Below, piece after piece: positions 38,506 through 47,947 of a stretch of DNA of 64,000 nt. The position numbers were made by a program, and so were the translations under genes. The DNA comes from a virus (Duplodnaviria; Caudoviricetes): positions 64,001 to 128,000 of the IMG/VR virus record IMGVR_UViG_3300030330_004956; one strand, given 5' to 3'. Positions within the stretch are counted from its first letter, which is position 1. Each line of letters opens with the position of its first letter. The notes beneath the pieces were generated by a model. It had not been told where the DNA came from. It saw nothing but the letters and a program-made list of their open reading frames with translations, and ran no database searches.

Positions 38506-39398
38506 AACTCTTAATGGAAAACTGGCGAAAGTTTATTATCAAAGAAGATATTGGATACTTTGGAAAGAAGTTTGTTCAATTTAAAGAAATGGTAGACGCA
38601 GGACACCACCCACTAAAGGTGGCAAAATTATATTTAACTTATGTCGGAAAAGGATCAACTAGAATGGTTTTCGGATTCAAAGACAACGACACTCATCTTT
38701 TGAAAGTGATAAATGTAGAATTAATTGACAACGAAGAGGCTTTTGATGAAGACTATGTGAATCCGTTTACCGGATTTACCAGAAAGCACAAAACAGTCTC
38801 AAATGAAAATGAAGCAGACTTAATGATGCAGCAAAGATATCCAAATGTATTCCCTAGAACATATGAATACGCAGAAGACTACAGTTGGATTTTGGTTGAA
38901 AAGGTAGATCCGATAACTAGCCAAGAATTGGCAGCACAACTTGGAATTCCAGAAGATCTGCCAACGCCAGAAAACAAAAACGCTTACATGGTTTTGTTGG
39001 ATTTGGTGATAGAAAAAGCAAGAGGCGGCTTCCAAATGAATGAAATCGAAGACACCGCAGTAATGTCTCCCAGACGAGTACCTGCACCACCTCCTGAGCA
39101 GCCACAGGAACAGACTTTTGGAGATACTGGATACACTCTATCAGGATTAGAAGATATGGCGACAGAGATTGTAAAAGATCGTCACCTTAAGAAACTTTTT
39201 AAGGCGGTTAGTGAATTAGGTATACCACCAAGAGAAATACAGCCTAAAAACTTGGGCATATCAAAATTCGGTGGCGATCACTTGGTTATTTTAGATGCTA
39301 GTCTTTGGGAATACGATCATGATGGAGGATCTATCAGCAAACAGATGGGCGCCGCCAGAGATCAAGCACCCCCCAGCCAAGATACTTTTAGATTATAA
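38502..39398 (+). CDS. ENWR-leader protein with protein-kinase-like fold
   Basis: MKLLMENWRKF; GKGSTRMVF, LLKV, NENE, ILVEKV, REIQPKNLG, VILDAS. Confidence 0.65.
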   Translation: MKLLMENWRKFIIKEDIGYFGKKFVQFKEMVDAGHHPLKVAKLYLTYVGKGSTRMVFGFKDNDTHLLKVINVELIDNEEAFDEDYVNPFTGFTRKHKTVSNENEADLMMQQRYPNVFPRTYEYAEDYSWILVEKVDPITSQELAAQLGIPEDLPTPENKNAYMVLLDLVIEKARGGFQMNEIEDTAVMSPRRVPAPPPEQPQEQTFGDTGYTLSGLEDMATEIVKDRHLKKLFKAVSELGIPPREIQPKNLGISKFGGDHLVILDASLWEYDHDGGSISKQMGAARDQAPPSQDTFRL

Positions 39399-39409
39399 GG
39401 AGAAATACA

Positions 39410-40117
39410 ATGAAAAGAATTATGGAAAATTGGAGAAGATTTAATCAACAGCCCTCTGGCTTGGTATTGACTGAAGAGAGGCTAGATGAAATTTTTGGCT
39501 TACAAAGAGGCGGTGTCGCACTGTCTGATCCAGAGAACTTACCAGCACCTGAATATCAAGAAAAGGCTGCACAAGCATATGAGTATTTAGAAAGATATCA
39601 AGACGAGATCTCTGCCGCTGCTAGCCGACAGGGTGTAGATCCAGAGCTTTTGTTGGGAATCCTTATGGACGAATACATTAGAATGTATCCCCGTGGATTT
39701 GGAGATCTTTTGGGATATTTTGGACTTATAAATGCATCAATGGGCGTTGCACAAGTTAAGGGCGATGTTGCCAGAAAACTTTCAGAAGAAGGGTATTATA
39801 CCCCACCCGGATATAAGCCTGATATGAGTCGCAAAGAATTGCAAAGAATGATAGCTGATAATCCTGAAGTTTCCATCAATTATGCCGCAGCATTTGTCAA
39901 ATACGTTGACGAAGCTTGGGGAGAAGAAGTTTGGGAACAAGTTCCACCAGAGGAAAAGAATGCTATCTTGGCAACTTTGTATTCTTTGGAAAGAGAGCCA
40001 CGAAAACCCGGTTCACCTGAGTGGGAAGAGCGTGGCGCACCTAAGCCCAGCGCCCGTGGCACACAGATCGCCGCGGCCGGCAAAAAAATATCACAAAGAG
40101 CACGGCACGATGTTTAG
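39410..40117 (+). CDS. ENWR-leader protein with lytic transglycosylase/lysozyme-like domain
   Basis: MKRIMENWRRF; ISAAASRQGVDPELLLGILMDE, SMGVAQV, NPEVSINYAAAF. Confidence 0.65.
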   Translation: MKRIMENWRRFNQQPSGLVLTEERLDEIFGLQRGGVALSDPENLPAPEYQEKAAQAYEYLERYQDEISAAASRQGVDPELLLGILMDEYIRMYPRGFGDLLGYFGLINASMGVAQVKGDVARKLSEEGYYTPPGYKPDMSRKELQRMIADNPEVSINYAAAFVKYVDEAWGEEVWEQVPPEEKNAILATLYSLEREPRKPGSPEWEERGAPKPSARGTQIAAAGKKISQRARHDV

Positions 40118-40124
40118 TAAAGAA

Positions 40125-40131
40125 CTATTTA
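40125..40131 (+). promoter_or_regulatory. Putative late promoter CTATTTA
   Basis: Intergenic, before ORF 40166. Confidence 0.6.
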
Positions 40132-40165
40132 GTCATGTGTAATTCGTATTTAAGGAGAATTAATA

Positions 40166-40498
40166 ATGAAAATAACAAGAAGTAAGCTTATAAGCATAAT
40201 CAAAGAAGAGGTTGAGGCGTATAGGCAAGAGCTATCAGAAATGGGAACATACAATAGAGGTGCCGCCATGGCAGATCCTTCTCGCGACATAAGTAGTCTT
40301 ATTGCTGATGCTATACGAGACATTATGAAAACCATGCCCCCAGCAGAAGCTAGAGCTAAAATACTTTCTATGTCTGTTGGAGAAATTATGGACATGGCAG
40401 GTATAGAAATGGATTCAGCCATGGATGCTCAAGCTGCCTCAACCGCACTTGGTAGACAACAGAGAGCCGTGCGGTACGCAGAGAGTAAAAAAAAGTAA
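40166..40498 (+). CDS. Hypothetical probable head-internal protein
   Basis: MKITRSKLISIIKEE leader; late-type promoter. Confidence 0.5.
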   Translation: MKITRSKLISIIKEEVEAYRQELSEMGTYNRGAAMADPSRDISSLIADAIRDIMKTMPPAEARAKILSMSVGEIMDMAGIEMDSAMDAQAASTALGRQQRAVRYAESKKK

Positions 40499-40500
40499 GT

Positions 40501-40525
40501 TGAATAATATAGCCCTTCAGTCGTA
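40501..40525 (+). promoter_or_regulatory. ECF-like promoter TGAATA-N15-CGTA (dnaE)
   Basis: Motif copy. Confidence 0.8.
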
Positions 40526-40562
40526 TTATACATGTAAATAAGCAATTTGAGGGAGTTATTTT

Positions 40563-43500
40563 ATGGATATCAAGAATATCAATTTTGTGAACCTGCACGC
40601 GCATTCTGGTGTAGGTTCGCCTTTCGATGGCTTCGGCTATCCACAGGATCACATGGAGTACGCATACTCCAACGGCTGCAAGGCTCTGGCACTTACTGAT
40701 CACGGTAACATGAACGGTTTTGCATACCAAGTGCTACATGCCAAGAAGATGAAAGAAGAGGGCAAGGACTTCAAACCTATCTTTGGCGTCGAGGCATACT
40801 TTATCGAAGATGTGGTAGACTGGAAAGAGAAGTACGAGCAAGCCAAACTAGACAAGAAGAAGGCTCGACAACTGGATAACAGCAAGTCTGGAATTAACAT
40901 TGAGGCTGCTGGCGAGTCCAAGTCTCAAGGGCGATCTGAATTGAATCGCTCACGCCACATTGTGCTTGTCGCTATGAACCAGACTGGCTTGAACAATATT
41001 TTCAAGATGGTTACAGAGTCGCACAAGGGTGACTACTTCTACCGCAAACCGCGCATTGACTTCGCACTACTTGAGAAGTACGGCGAGGGCGTTATTGCTG
41101 CTTCTGCGTGTCTTGGCGGTATCTATGCCGGCGCTTACTGGAGCAAGCAGGAAGAGGGCGAAGAGGCTGTCCTAGCTGAAATGCGCCGCCTTACCAAGCG
41201 CTTCCAATCTATTCTCGGTGATCGTTGGTATGGCGAGCTACAGTGGAACCGAGTGCCACAACAACACGCCCTTAACAACTATGTCATCAAGATGCACAAA
41301 GAGTTTGGTATCAAGCTTATCTCTACTGCCGACTCTCACTATCCAACGCCTGATGCTTGGAAGGATCGCGAGTTGTACAAGCGCCTAGGCTGGCTTGGGC
41401 GTTCTAAGCCCGAGTGGCTAGACATGGAACTTCCAACTGAGATTCAAGAGTTGGAGTGCGAATTATACCCAAAGAATGCAGAGCAGATGTGGGAGTCTTA
41501 CCAACGCTTCTCCGAAGAATGTGGCGTTGAGTATGATGATGACATTGTGCTGCAATCTATCAAGGAGACTGAGACTATCGGATTCGAGCGTATCGAAGAC
41601 TTCTTGCCAGATAATACAGTACGTCTACCAGACTTTGTTGTCCCAGCCGGCTATACTGCTGATGAATACTTGGAACACCTCACACATAAGAAGATGGCAC
41701 ATGCCGGTGATAACATCTTTAAAAATCAGGAGTATCGTGACAGATTGGATCAAGAACTCAAGGTTATCTCTGATCGTGGCTTTTCAAAGTACTTCTTGAC
41801 TATGGCTGCAATCTCAGGCAAGGCTAACGAAATGATGTTGTCCGGCCCGGGACGTGGTTCCGCCGCCGGCTCATTGGTTGCTTATCTTCTTGGTATTACA
41901 CAGGTTGATCCTATCAAGTACGGACTTCTGTTCTCTCGTTTCTTGCGAGCAGACGCTAAAGATTATCCAGATATCGATTATGATGTGGCTTCGCCTATGG
42001 AACTCAAGGACTTGCTTATCAATGAGTGGGGCGAGAACTCTGTTGCGCCTATCTCCAACTGGAACACTTTGCAATTGAAGTCTCTGATCAAGGACGTATC
42101 TAAGTTCTACAAGGTTGAGTTCAAAGAAGTCAACGCAGTTACCAGTCGTATGATCTCAGAAGCTACAGCACCAGCCAAGAAGAAGCATGGCATCAAAGCA
42201 GGTATGTATATTCCGACTTGGGAAGAGGTTCTAGAGTTCTCTGATACACTCAAGGCTTTCCTTAAGAAGTATCCCGACATCGAGAATCACGTCAAGGCTA
42301 TGGTTGGGCAGTATCGTTCTTGCTCTCGTCATGCCGGCGGTGTTGTGATCGCAGAGGATCTTGACAAGCACATGCCTCTTATCAACTCCGGTGGTGTCAT
42401 CCAGACTCCATGGAGTGAAGGGCAGAACGTCCGACAACTAGAGCCCATGGGCTTCATCAAGTTTGATATCTTGGGGCTTACGACTCTTCGCATGATTGAA
42501 GGCTGCATCGAGCGGATTCTATGTAAGGGTGGCAACTGTAGTCCTACATACAAGGACATTCAAGATTTCTACAATGAGCACTTGCATCCAGACGTTATGG
42601 ACTTTGACGATCAAACAGTTTATGAGAATGTCTTTCATCAAGGCAAGTGGGCAGGCATCTTTCAGTTCACAGAGTCTGGAGCGCAGAACTTCTGCAAACG
42701 CGCCCAGCCCACGTCTATCGTTGATATCTCAGCCATCACTTCCATCTTCCGCCCCGGCCCACTGTCTGCTGGCGTAGACAAGGATTATGTCAAGGCTAAG
42801 GAATATCCAGAAGATGTATGGTACGAGAACGAGATAGTTCGTGAAGTCACACAAGAGACATATGGCTTCTTGATCTTTCAAGAGCAGATTGCTATGCTTG
42901 CTCACAAGTTGGGCAAGGACATTTCTCTGGATGAGGGTAACTTGCTGCGCAAGCTGCTTACCAAGAAGGGCACCGGCAAGGGCGCCAAGCAGAAGAATTC
43001 TATCCGAGATCGCTTTGTGCAAGGCTGCATCGAAAAGGGCATGAAGCGCAATGACGCTCTGCATATGTGGCAGAACTTCGAATACTTCTCAGGGTACGGC
43101 TTCAACAAGTCGCATGCGGTTTGCTATTCTATGATTTCGTATCAGTGCGCATGGCTCATGACTTACCATGAAGGTGAGTGGATGGCTTCTTATCTTGACA
43201 AGGTTTCGGATAAGAAGAAAGAATCTGCCATCGCAACAGCCAAGACACTTGGATACAATATCTCTCAGTTGGACATCAACAAGTCTGGCAGAGAGTGGGA
43301 GTATGAAGAGGCGACAAACTCTCTTCTTCAGCCTCTCACGACAATCAAGGGCTTGGGTGCCTCTGCGATGGATCAGGTTGTGGAGCATCGCCCGTTCAAT
43401 ACTGTGGAAGACTTCTTGTTTCACCCTGATGTGAAATACAGTAAGCTAAACAAGAAGGCACTAGATGTTCTCGTCCGTGCAGGCGCCTGCAACGACTTGA

Positions 43501-44018
43501 TTGATGATCGCTTCAATGGCGCCAAGCATTTTTGGAGTGCCGCAGTTGTCGATCGCCCCAAGAACAAGAAGAAGTTTGGGGAGAACATTGAGCTATACAA
43601 GAATGAGGGCGACTTTGACAAGAATGAACTTATCTCTTTCAAGTCAGAACTTACAGGAATTTTTCCCTTTGACTTGGTTATGTCAGATACAATCCGCGTC
43701 AAGCTAGAGAAGTTGCCTGTAGTTCCAATCTCGGAATATGAAATGGCTATGTCGGTAGATGCTGGGCGAGAAGACGATCAGTTGTTGGTTTGGTTTGTTC
43801 CCCGCAAGCTGACACGGAAGAAGACAGCACGCGGCAGTGAATATTGGATCTTGGACGTTGTAGACTCTAACAATGCCATGGTTAGTATCAAGTGTTGGAA
43901 CCCACGCTCTAGTGACACCATCTTTGTGAACCAGCCGTACATGGCTCGTCTTGATCACTCAGATCAGTGGGGCTTCAGCACTCGTTCTATCAAGCATAAC
44001 TTTAGGCTGTTGGGGTAA
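40563..44018 (+). CDS. dnaE: DNA polymerase III alpha subunit (family C)
   Basis: PHP domain NLHAHS..LTDHG; GPGRGSAAGSLVAY; PDIDYD; HAGGVVI; KFDILGL; YGFNKSHA. Confidence 0.97.
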   Translation: MDIKNINFVNLHAHSGVGSPFDGFGYPQDHMEYAYSNGCKALALTDHGNMNGFAYQVLHAKKMKEEGKDFKPIFGVEAYFIEDVVDWKEKYEQAKLDKKKARQLDNSKSGINIEAAGESKSQGRSELNRSRHIVLVAMNQTGLNNIFKMVTESHKGDYFYRKPRIDFALLEKYGEGVIAASACLGGIYAGAYWSKQEEGEEAVLAEMRRLTKRFQSILGDRWYGELQWNRVPQQHALNNYVIKMHKEFGIKLISTADSHYPTPDAWKDRELYKRLGWLGRSKPEWLDMELPTEIQELECELYPKNAEQMWESYQRFSEECGVEYDDDIVLQSIKETETIGFERIEDFLPDNTVRLPDFVVPAGYTADEYLEHLTHKKMAHAGDNIFKNQEYRDRLDQELKVISDRGFSKYFLTMAAISGKANEMMLSGPGRGSAAGSLVAYLLGITQVDPIKYGLLFSRFLRADAKDYPDIDYDVASPMELKDLLINEWGENSVAPISNWNTLQLKSLIKDVSKFYKVEFKEVNAVTSRMISEATAPAKKKHGIKAGMYIPTWEEVLEFSDTLKAFLKKYPDIENHVKAMVGQYRSCSRHAGGVVIAEDLDKHMPLINSGGVIQTPWSEGQNVRQLEPMGFIKFDILGLTTLRMIEGCIERILCKGGNCSPTYKDIQDFYNEHLHPDVMDFDDQTVYENVFHQGKWAGIFQFTESGAQNFCKRAQPTSIVDISAITSIFRPGPLSAGVDKDYVKAKEYPEDVWYENEIVREVTQETYGFLIFQEQIAMLAHKLGKDISLDEGNLLRKLLTKKGTGKGAKQKNSIRDRFVQGCIEKGMKRNDALHMWQNFEYFSGYGFNKSHAVCYSMISYQCAWLMTYHEGEWMASYLDKVSDKKKESAIATAKTLGYNISQLDINKSGREWEYEEATNSLLQPLTTIKGLGASAMDQVVEHRPFNTVEDFLFHPDVKYSKLNKKALDVLVRAGACNDLIDDRFNGAKHFWSAAVVDRPKNKKKFGENIELYKNEGDFDKNELISFKSELTGIFPFDLVMSDTIRVKLEKLPVVPISEYEMAMSVDAGREDDQLLVWFVPRKLTRKKTARGSEYWILDVVDSNNAMVSIKCWNPRSSDTIFVNQPYMARLDHSDQWGFSTRSIKHNFRLLG

Positions 44019-44020
44019 TT

Positions 44021-44185
44021 ATGAAAAAGATTAAATTTCGTCCTTGGGGTGCTAGCAAGGAGTCAGCACAAGAGGGTTACTTGGTATCAGAAACAGATGC
44101 TAAATTTATTGTCACCACTGGTAGGGTAGGCATTGAAATGCATTTTCCAAAATCAATGTACCAGTTTGAATATGTTGATGAATAA
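44021..44185 (+). CDS. Small hypothetical protein (54 aa)
   Basis: Not in the ORF track: MKKIKFRPWG...YVDE*; fills the intergenic gap. Confidence 0.55.
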   Translation: MKKIKFRPWGASKESAQEGYLVSETDAKFIVTTGRVGIEMHFPKSMYQFEYVDE

Positions 44186-44204
44186 AACTACAATGCCATT
44201 CGTA
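44179..44204 (+). promoter_or_regulatory. ECF-like promoter TGAATA-N16-CGTA
   Basis: Motif copy overlapping a GAA-TAA stop. Confidence 0.8.
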
Positions 44205-44222
44205 TAATATTAGGGTGATGAT

Positions 44223-44426
44223 ATGGATATAGAGATAGCAAGAGAAAAACTTAAAGAAATGTGTCAGATTGAAGAAAGGCTTTTTGCCATGATGACAGAT
44301 AACAAATTGATCTTGCACGAAGAAGATCTGAAAATCATAACAAAAAAGATTTTTGAAGTATCATCAATGATATTGCAACTTACTGCAATAGTTGAAGAAG
44401 CAAAAAAGAGAGGAAACGATGAATGA
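44223..44426 (+). CDS. Small helical hypothetical protein
   Basis: ORF directly after a promoter. Confidence 0.55.
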   Translation: MDIEIAREKLKEMCQIEERLFAMMTDNKLILHEEDLKIITKKIFEVSSMILQLTAIVEEAKKRGNDE

Positions 44427-45345
44427 AATAATTTTAGGAAACTGTATTGATGAAATAAATAACCTTGATGACGAATCTGTGGATGCGTTTATCACATCAC
44501 CACCATATGATAACTTACGAGACTACAATGGCTACTCGTTTCCATTCGAGGACATTGCCAGAGTCATGTATCAAAAGTTAGCCAAAGGCGGCGTGATTGT
44601 GTGGGTTGTGGGTGATGCAGTGCTGAAAGGTTCGGAGACAGGCTCATCTTTTAGGCAAGCAATCTTCTTTCAAGAGTTGGGATTAAACATTCACGATACA
44701 ATGATTTACGAAAAGAATGGCTCATCGTTCCCTGCCCGCCGTTCGGGTAATAGATACTCTCAGGTATTTGAGTATATGTTTGTGTTCAGTAAGGGCAAGC
44801 CAAAGACAGCCAATCTTATTTGCGACAAGAAGAATAAGTGGAGCGGCTGGACGACGTTTGGCAAGGGCACGAACCGCGACAAGGACGGGCGCCTCGTTGA
44901 AGGAAAAGGGCGAAAGCCTACGCCGAATTTTTCCCCCCGTCACAATGTATGGAAGTACAACACGGGAAAATCCTATACAACAAAGGATACATTCGCGTTT
45001 GCGCATCCAGCAATGTTCCCAGAATCTCTTGCGGAAGATCACATCATGACTTGGACTAACCCGGGAGACTTAATAGTAGATCCATTTGTAGGGGCAGGCA
45101 CTACCACCAAAATGGCGGCAATCAATGGCAGGAATTGGATTGGTATTGATATATCGGAAGAATACGTCGGTATTGCTAGGCAACGTATGGAAGTTGCGGA
45201 GCGAATGATTTGGGATGGATACGAAAAAGATTACGCGCCCGAAGCTTGCACGAAAAAAAGCGGCGTACTAACACACAAGGAGATATCTTCACTGAAGAAG
45301 AAAGAGCTTGTAGAATTAGTATTGAAGCTACAGGAGAAGAAATGA
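44419..45345 (+). CDS. Amino (N4-C/N6-A) DNA methyltransferase, beta class
   Basis: TSPPY, HPAMFP, DPFVGAGTT, GIDISEEY. Confidence 0.92.
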   Translation: MNEIILGNCIDEINNLDDESVDAFITSPPYDNLRDYNGYSFPFEDIARVMYQKLAKGGVIVWVVGDAVLKGSETGSSFRQAIFFQELGLNIHDTMIYEKNGSSFPARRSGNRYSQVFEYMFVFSKGKPKTANLICDKKNKWSGWTTFGKGTNRDKDGRLVEGKGRKPTPNFSPRHNVWKYNTGKSYTTKDTFAFAHPAMFPESLAEDHIMTWTNPGDLIVDPFVGAGTTTKMAAINGRNWIGIDISEEYVGIARQRMEVAERMIWDGYEKDYAPEACTKKSGVLTHKEISSLKKKELVELVLKLQEKK

Positions 45346-45527
45346 AATTTATAAGAGATTTTCTACACAATAGAGAGGTTAGCAAGATCAGAAAGCGAAT
45401 CAGTAAACTTCAAGAGAAAGCGCTTCATTGGCAGCGCAACGGAAATTTGCGCGAATACGCTGTGGTTGTTAGCCAACTGGAAGAGCTTACAGACTACTTG
45501 GTAGAGAAAATACGGGAGAAAGAATGA
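45342..45527 (+). CDS. Small protein, DUF6435/Lacal_2735-like
   Basis: KLQEKALHWQRNGNLREYA. Confidence 0.55.
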   Translation: MKFIRDFLHNREVSKIRKRISKLQEKALHWQRNGNLREYAVVVSQLEELTDYLVEKIREKE

Positions 45528-45688
45528 AATTTTTAGCAAGCAAAGAACTATCGCTATTTTGCTTTGCTGTCAACTGCTTGTTTGCAGGAGCAGCCTTGCT
45601 AGCAAAAGACGCGACATGGTTTTTAATCAGCACATGCCTTGCAGCAGTGTGCTACCACAACTATCGAACCGCACTGGAAAGAGAATGA
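45524..45688 (+). CDS. Small membrane protein (54 aa)
   Basis: Not in the ORF track; ATGA overlap; two hydrophobic segments. Confidence 0.5.
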   Translation: MKFLASKELSLFCFAVNCLFAGAALLAKDATWFLISTCLAAVCYHNYRTALERE

Positions 45689-45752
45689 TTAAATTTATAA
45701 TTGACATTGGAGCAGGCAGTAGCCTACCTACCATTAATAAAAAGGAGAAAAA

Positions 45753-46031
45753 ATGGAAGTAACCAACGAACACCAGCAAGATACCGCTGGGCTGACTCAA
45801 GGAGATCTAGCTATGGCAGCTTTTGCGCTAGCAGAGGTTTTTAACTCATATCTGGAAAAATACCAAGAAGATGATTATGGAGAATTGACAAAAGATCAGA
45901 TGGAGCACTCGATGCATTCGCTTCGAATTGCTTTCACAAAGTTCGATAGTTTGTTGAAAGTTGTAAATCCAGAAATCGCTGAAGCAGAGCCTGAGAGTTT
46001 AGGGGAGCAAAGTGACGAGCAAGTTGAGTAG
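45753..46031 (+). CDS. Hypothetical protein
   Basis: AGGAG RBS; acidic. Confidence 0.6.
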   Translation: MEVTNEHQQDTAGLTQGDLAMAAFALAEVFNSYLEKYQEDDYGELTKDQMEHSMHSLRIAFTKFDSLLKVVNPEIAEAEPESLGEQSDEQVE

Positions 46032-46416
46032 CTATCTAAGGATGGAGTTTAGGTACTTAGTAAACTCGCCTGATCTTAACGCACACGGCTCTCTTCATGG
46101 GGGTGTCCTCATGAGGTGGATCGACGAAGCAGCAGGTATGCATGCCATGAGGGTAAGCGGATTAGTCTGTGCAACAAGACACATTGGCAGAATGGACTTT
46201 ATCTCCGGAGTTAAAAACGGAGAGATAGTCAGAATAGAGACAATCGTATCAGATTGTGGCGATACTAGTTTTATCTTTAGGATATTAGTCAAAGAAGATT
46301 CAACAAACAGGCAGATAGCCAGTGTAGACAATATGGTGTTTGTTACAATTGATGAGGACGGTAATCCAAAAAAACACGGGATAACAACAAATCATATTTA
46401 TGAAAAATGTTTTTAA
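46012..46416 (+). CDS. Hotdog-fold acyl-CoA thioesterase (YciA-like)
   Basis: DLNAHGSLHGGVLMRWIDEAAG; G.TS; MVFVTIDEDGNP. Confidence 0.85.
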   Translation: MTSKLSSYLRMEFRYLVNSPDLNAHGSLHGGVLMRWIDEAAGMHAMRVSGLVCATRHIGRMDFISGVKNGEIVRIETIVSDCGDTSFIFRILVKEDSTNRQIASVDNMVFVTIDEDGNPKKHGITTNHIYEKCF

Positions 46417-46529
46417 AGGAGGAAGCATGACTGGAATATGCTTACCTGTGATGATCATATCACTTTCAATAACCCTATTTTGGGTATTTTTACATGACAA
46501 ATTAACATAATCTAACAAAGGAGAAAAAA

Positions 46530-46757
46530 ATGAGATTTATCAGTATTGAAGAGAATAATAGTACCGAAAAGGTATTAGTTAATGTTGCACAAATTAGCAG
46601 CATCACGTCGGTTCCACTGGGATCCGCGATGGGACACCAGCGCGTTGTCTGTATATGCCTGTCTGGCGGCACAAGTGTTTCAACAAAGTTCACTAGCGTT
46701 GAGCATGCTGTTGATTACATTCAGCGCGCACCAAGTGTCTCAATGGGAGGTGGATAG
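46530..46757 (+). CDS. Small hypothetical protein
   Basis: AGGAG RBS; VLVNVAQISSI. Confidence 0.55.
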   Translation: MRFISIEENNSTEKVLVNVAQISSITSVPLGSAMGHQRVVCICLSGGTSVSTKFTSVEHAVDYIQRAPSVSMGGG

Positions 46758-46987
46758 TGAGTCCATGGATAAAGTCAGGCTTGATCGAGTTTATCAAGAT
46801 CATGGCATTGTTTGGCTTGATTGTATTCTGTTATAGTCTTGTGCTGATCATATGTCAGGATTTGGGTGTCGATCCAATTTGGGGATACATAACAGTTTTT
46901 GTTGCAGCTATGTTTTCAATAGCACTCGGCACAGAAAAATTCAAATACGAATTGCAAAGAATATCAAACAAAAAGGAGAAAGAATGA
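46757..46987 (+). CDS. Small 2-TM membrane protein
   Basis: GGAGG RBS; two hydrophobic helices and a basic tail. Confidence 0.55.
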   Translation: MSPWIKSGLIEFIKIMALFGLIVFCYSLVLIICQDLGVDPIWGYITVFVAAMFSIALGTEKFKYELQRISNKKEKE

Positions 46988-47505
46988 TTTTAGAATATTG
47001 CATGACACATTTTGCGGTTAACCCGCCAACTAGAGCAAACCCTTCGGACGCAGGGCTTGACATTTACTATTCGCCAAAGTCTAGACAAGTTAAGACTATT
47101 GAGCCCGGTGAGTCTGTACTCTTGGAGACAGGCTTGCGATTTGGAGTACCACATGGATATATGTTGGAGGTGAAGAACCGTTCATCAGTGGCATCAAAGC
47201 GAAGCCTTTTGGTTGGTGCTTGCGTTATCGACTCAGGATACGATGGAGAAGTGTTTGTGAATCTACATAACGTCGGCAAAAACACTCAATTACTTGAGCC
47301 CGGACAGAAGATCGCACAAGTTGTCATGGTGCCAGTGGTGCCCTTTAGGGCTTACTGTCGTCACGAAGGTAATTTGTATGATTACCCAATCACCATGAGT
47401 GAGCGCGGAGAAGGAGCGCTAGGAAGCACAGACGAGACTAGTCAGATGACTTTGCCATTCGAGGAAGAAGCAGCTATTGATCCGTTTGATAATCACTTAG
47501 ATTGA
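46984..47505 (+). CDS. dut: Trimeric dUTPase
   Basis: DAGLD, RSS, VIDSGYDGE, IAQ, RGEGALGST. Confidence 0.95.
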   Translation: MILEYCMTHFAVNPPTRANPSDAGLDIYYSPKSRQVKTIEPGESVLLETGLRFGVPHGYMLEVKNRSSVASKRSLLVGACVIDSGYDGEVFVNLHNVGKNTQLLEPGQKIAQVVMVPVVPFRAYCRHEGNLYDYPITMSERGEGALGSTDETSQMTLPFEEEAAIDPFDNHLD

Positions 47506-47539
47506 CTAGTTACAGGCGGAGCACAACTAATGGGAGGAA

Positions 47540-47878
47540 TTGCTTGTGAAGGGTATCAAAAAAAACAAACAAATATTATTTCTGGAAACGGAAAAGCGTC
47601 ACGCTGATTTAAAAGTTAAGTTAAAAACTTATGGAATAACACAGTCTGAGTTTATTAGGGGCTGTATTTCTGGACTTATAAACGATGATGAGCAATTCCT
47701 CCCATACTTCTTCAAGCTTTTAGAAGAAAAATCTTATATAAAGTCTTCAAAAAACAGAAATAAAAACAAAGAAATGATCACTAAAGGACTAAATACATTA
47801 AAAGAAGATTTTACACTCGCTGACAACGAAATTGAGAATATATTTGATATAATTGAAAAAGATCACCCAGATTTGTGA
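47540..47878 (+). CDS. Hypothetical protein, possibly DNA-binding
   Basis: HADLKVKL..YGITQSEFIR, ribbon-helix-helix-like; GGAGG RBS. Confidence 0.45.
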   Translation: MLVKGIKKNKQILFLETEKRHADLKVKLKTYGITQSEFIRGCISGLINDDEQFLPYFFKLLEEKSYIKSSKNRNKNKEMITKGLNTLKEDFTLADNEIENIFDIIEKDHPDL

Positions 47879-47896
47879 TGTTTGTGTGGTAAAATA

Positions 47897-47903
47897 CTAT
47901 TTA
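47897..47903 (+). promoter_or_regulatory. Putative late promoter CTATTTA
   Basis: Intergenic, before the acidic ORF 47948. Confidence 0.6.
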
Positions 47904-47947
47904 TTTCGAAAGCACATTATGTTCTAACATAAAGGAGAAATTTTAAA

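Noticed and set aside
27113-45345. The two MTases as parts of classical linked restriction-modification operons
   Set aside because: Neither has an adjacent endonuclease; treated as orphan protective methylases of unknown specificity.
45701-45735. TTGACA as a sigma70 promoter for ORF 45753
   Set aside because: The best -10-like hexamer (TACCAT) is 22 nt away; spacing is not credible.
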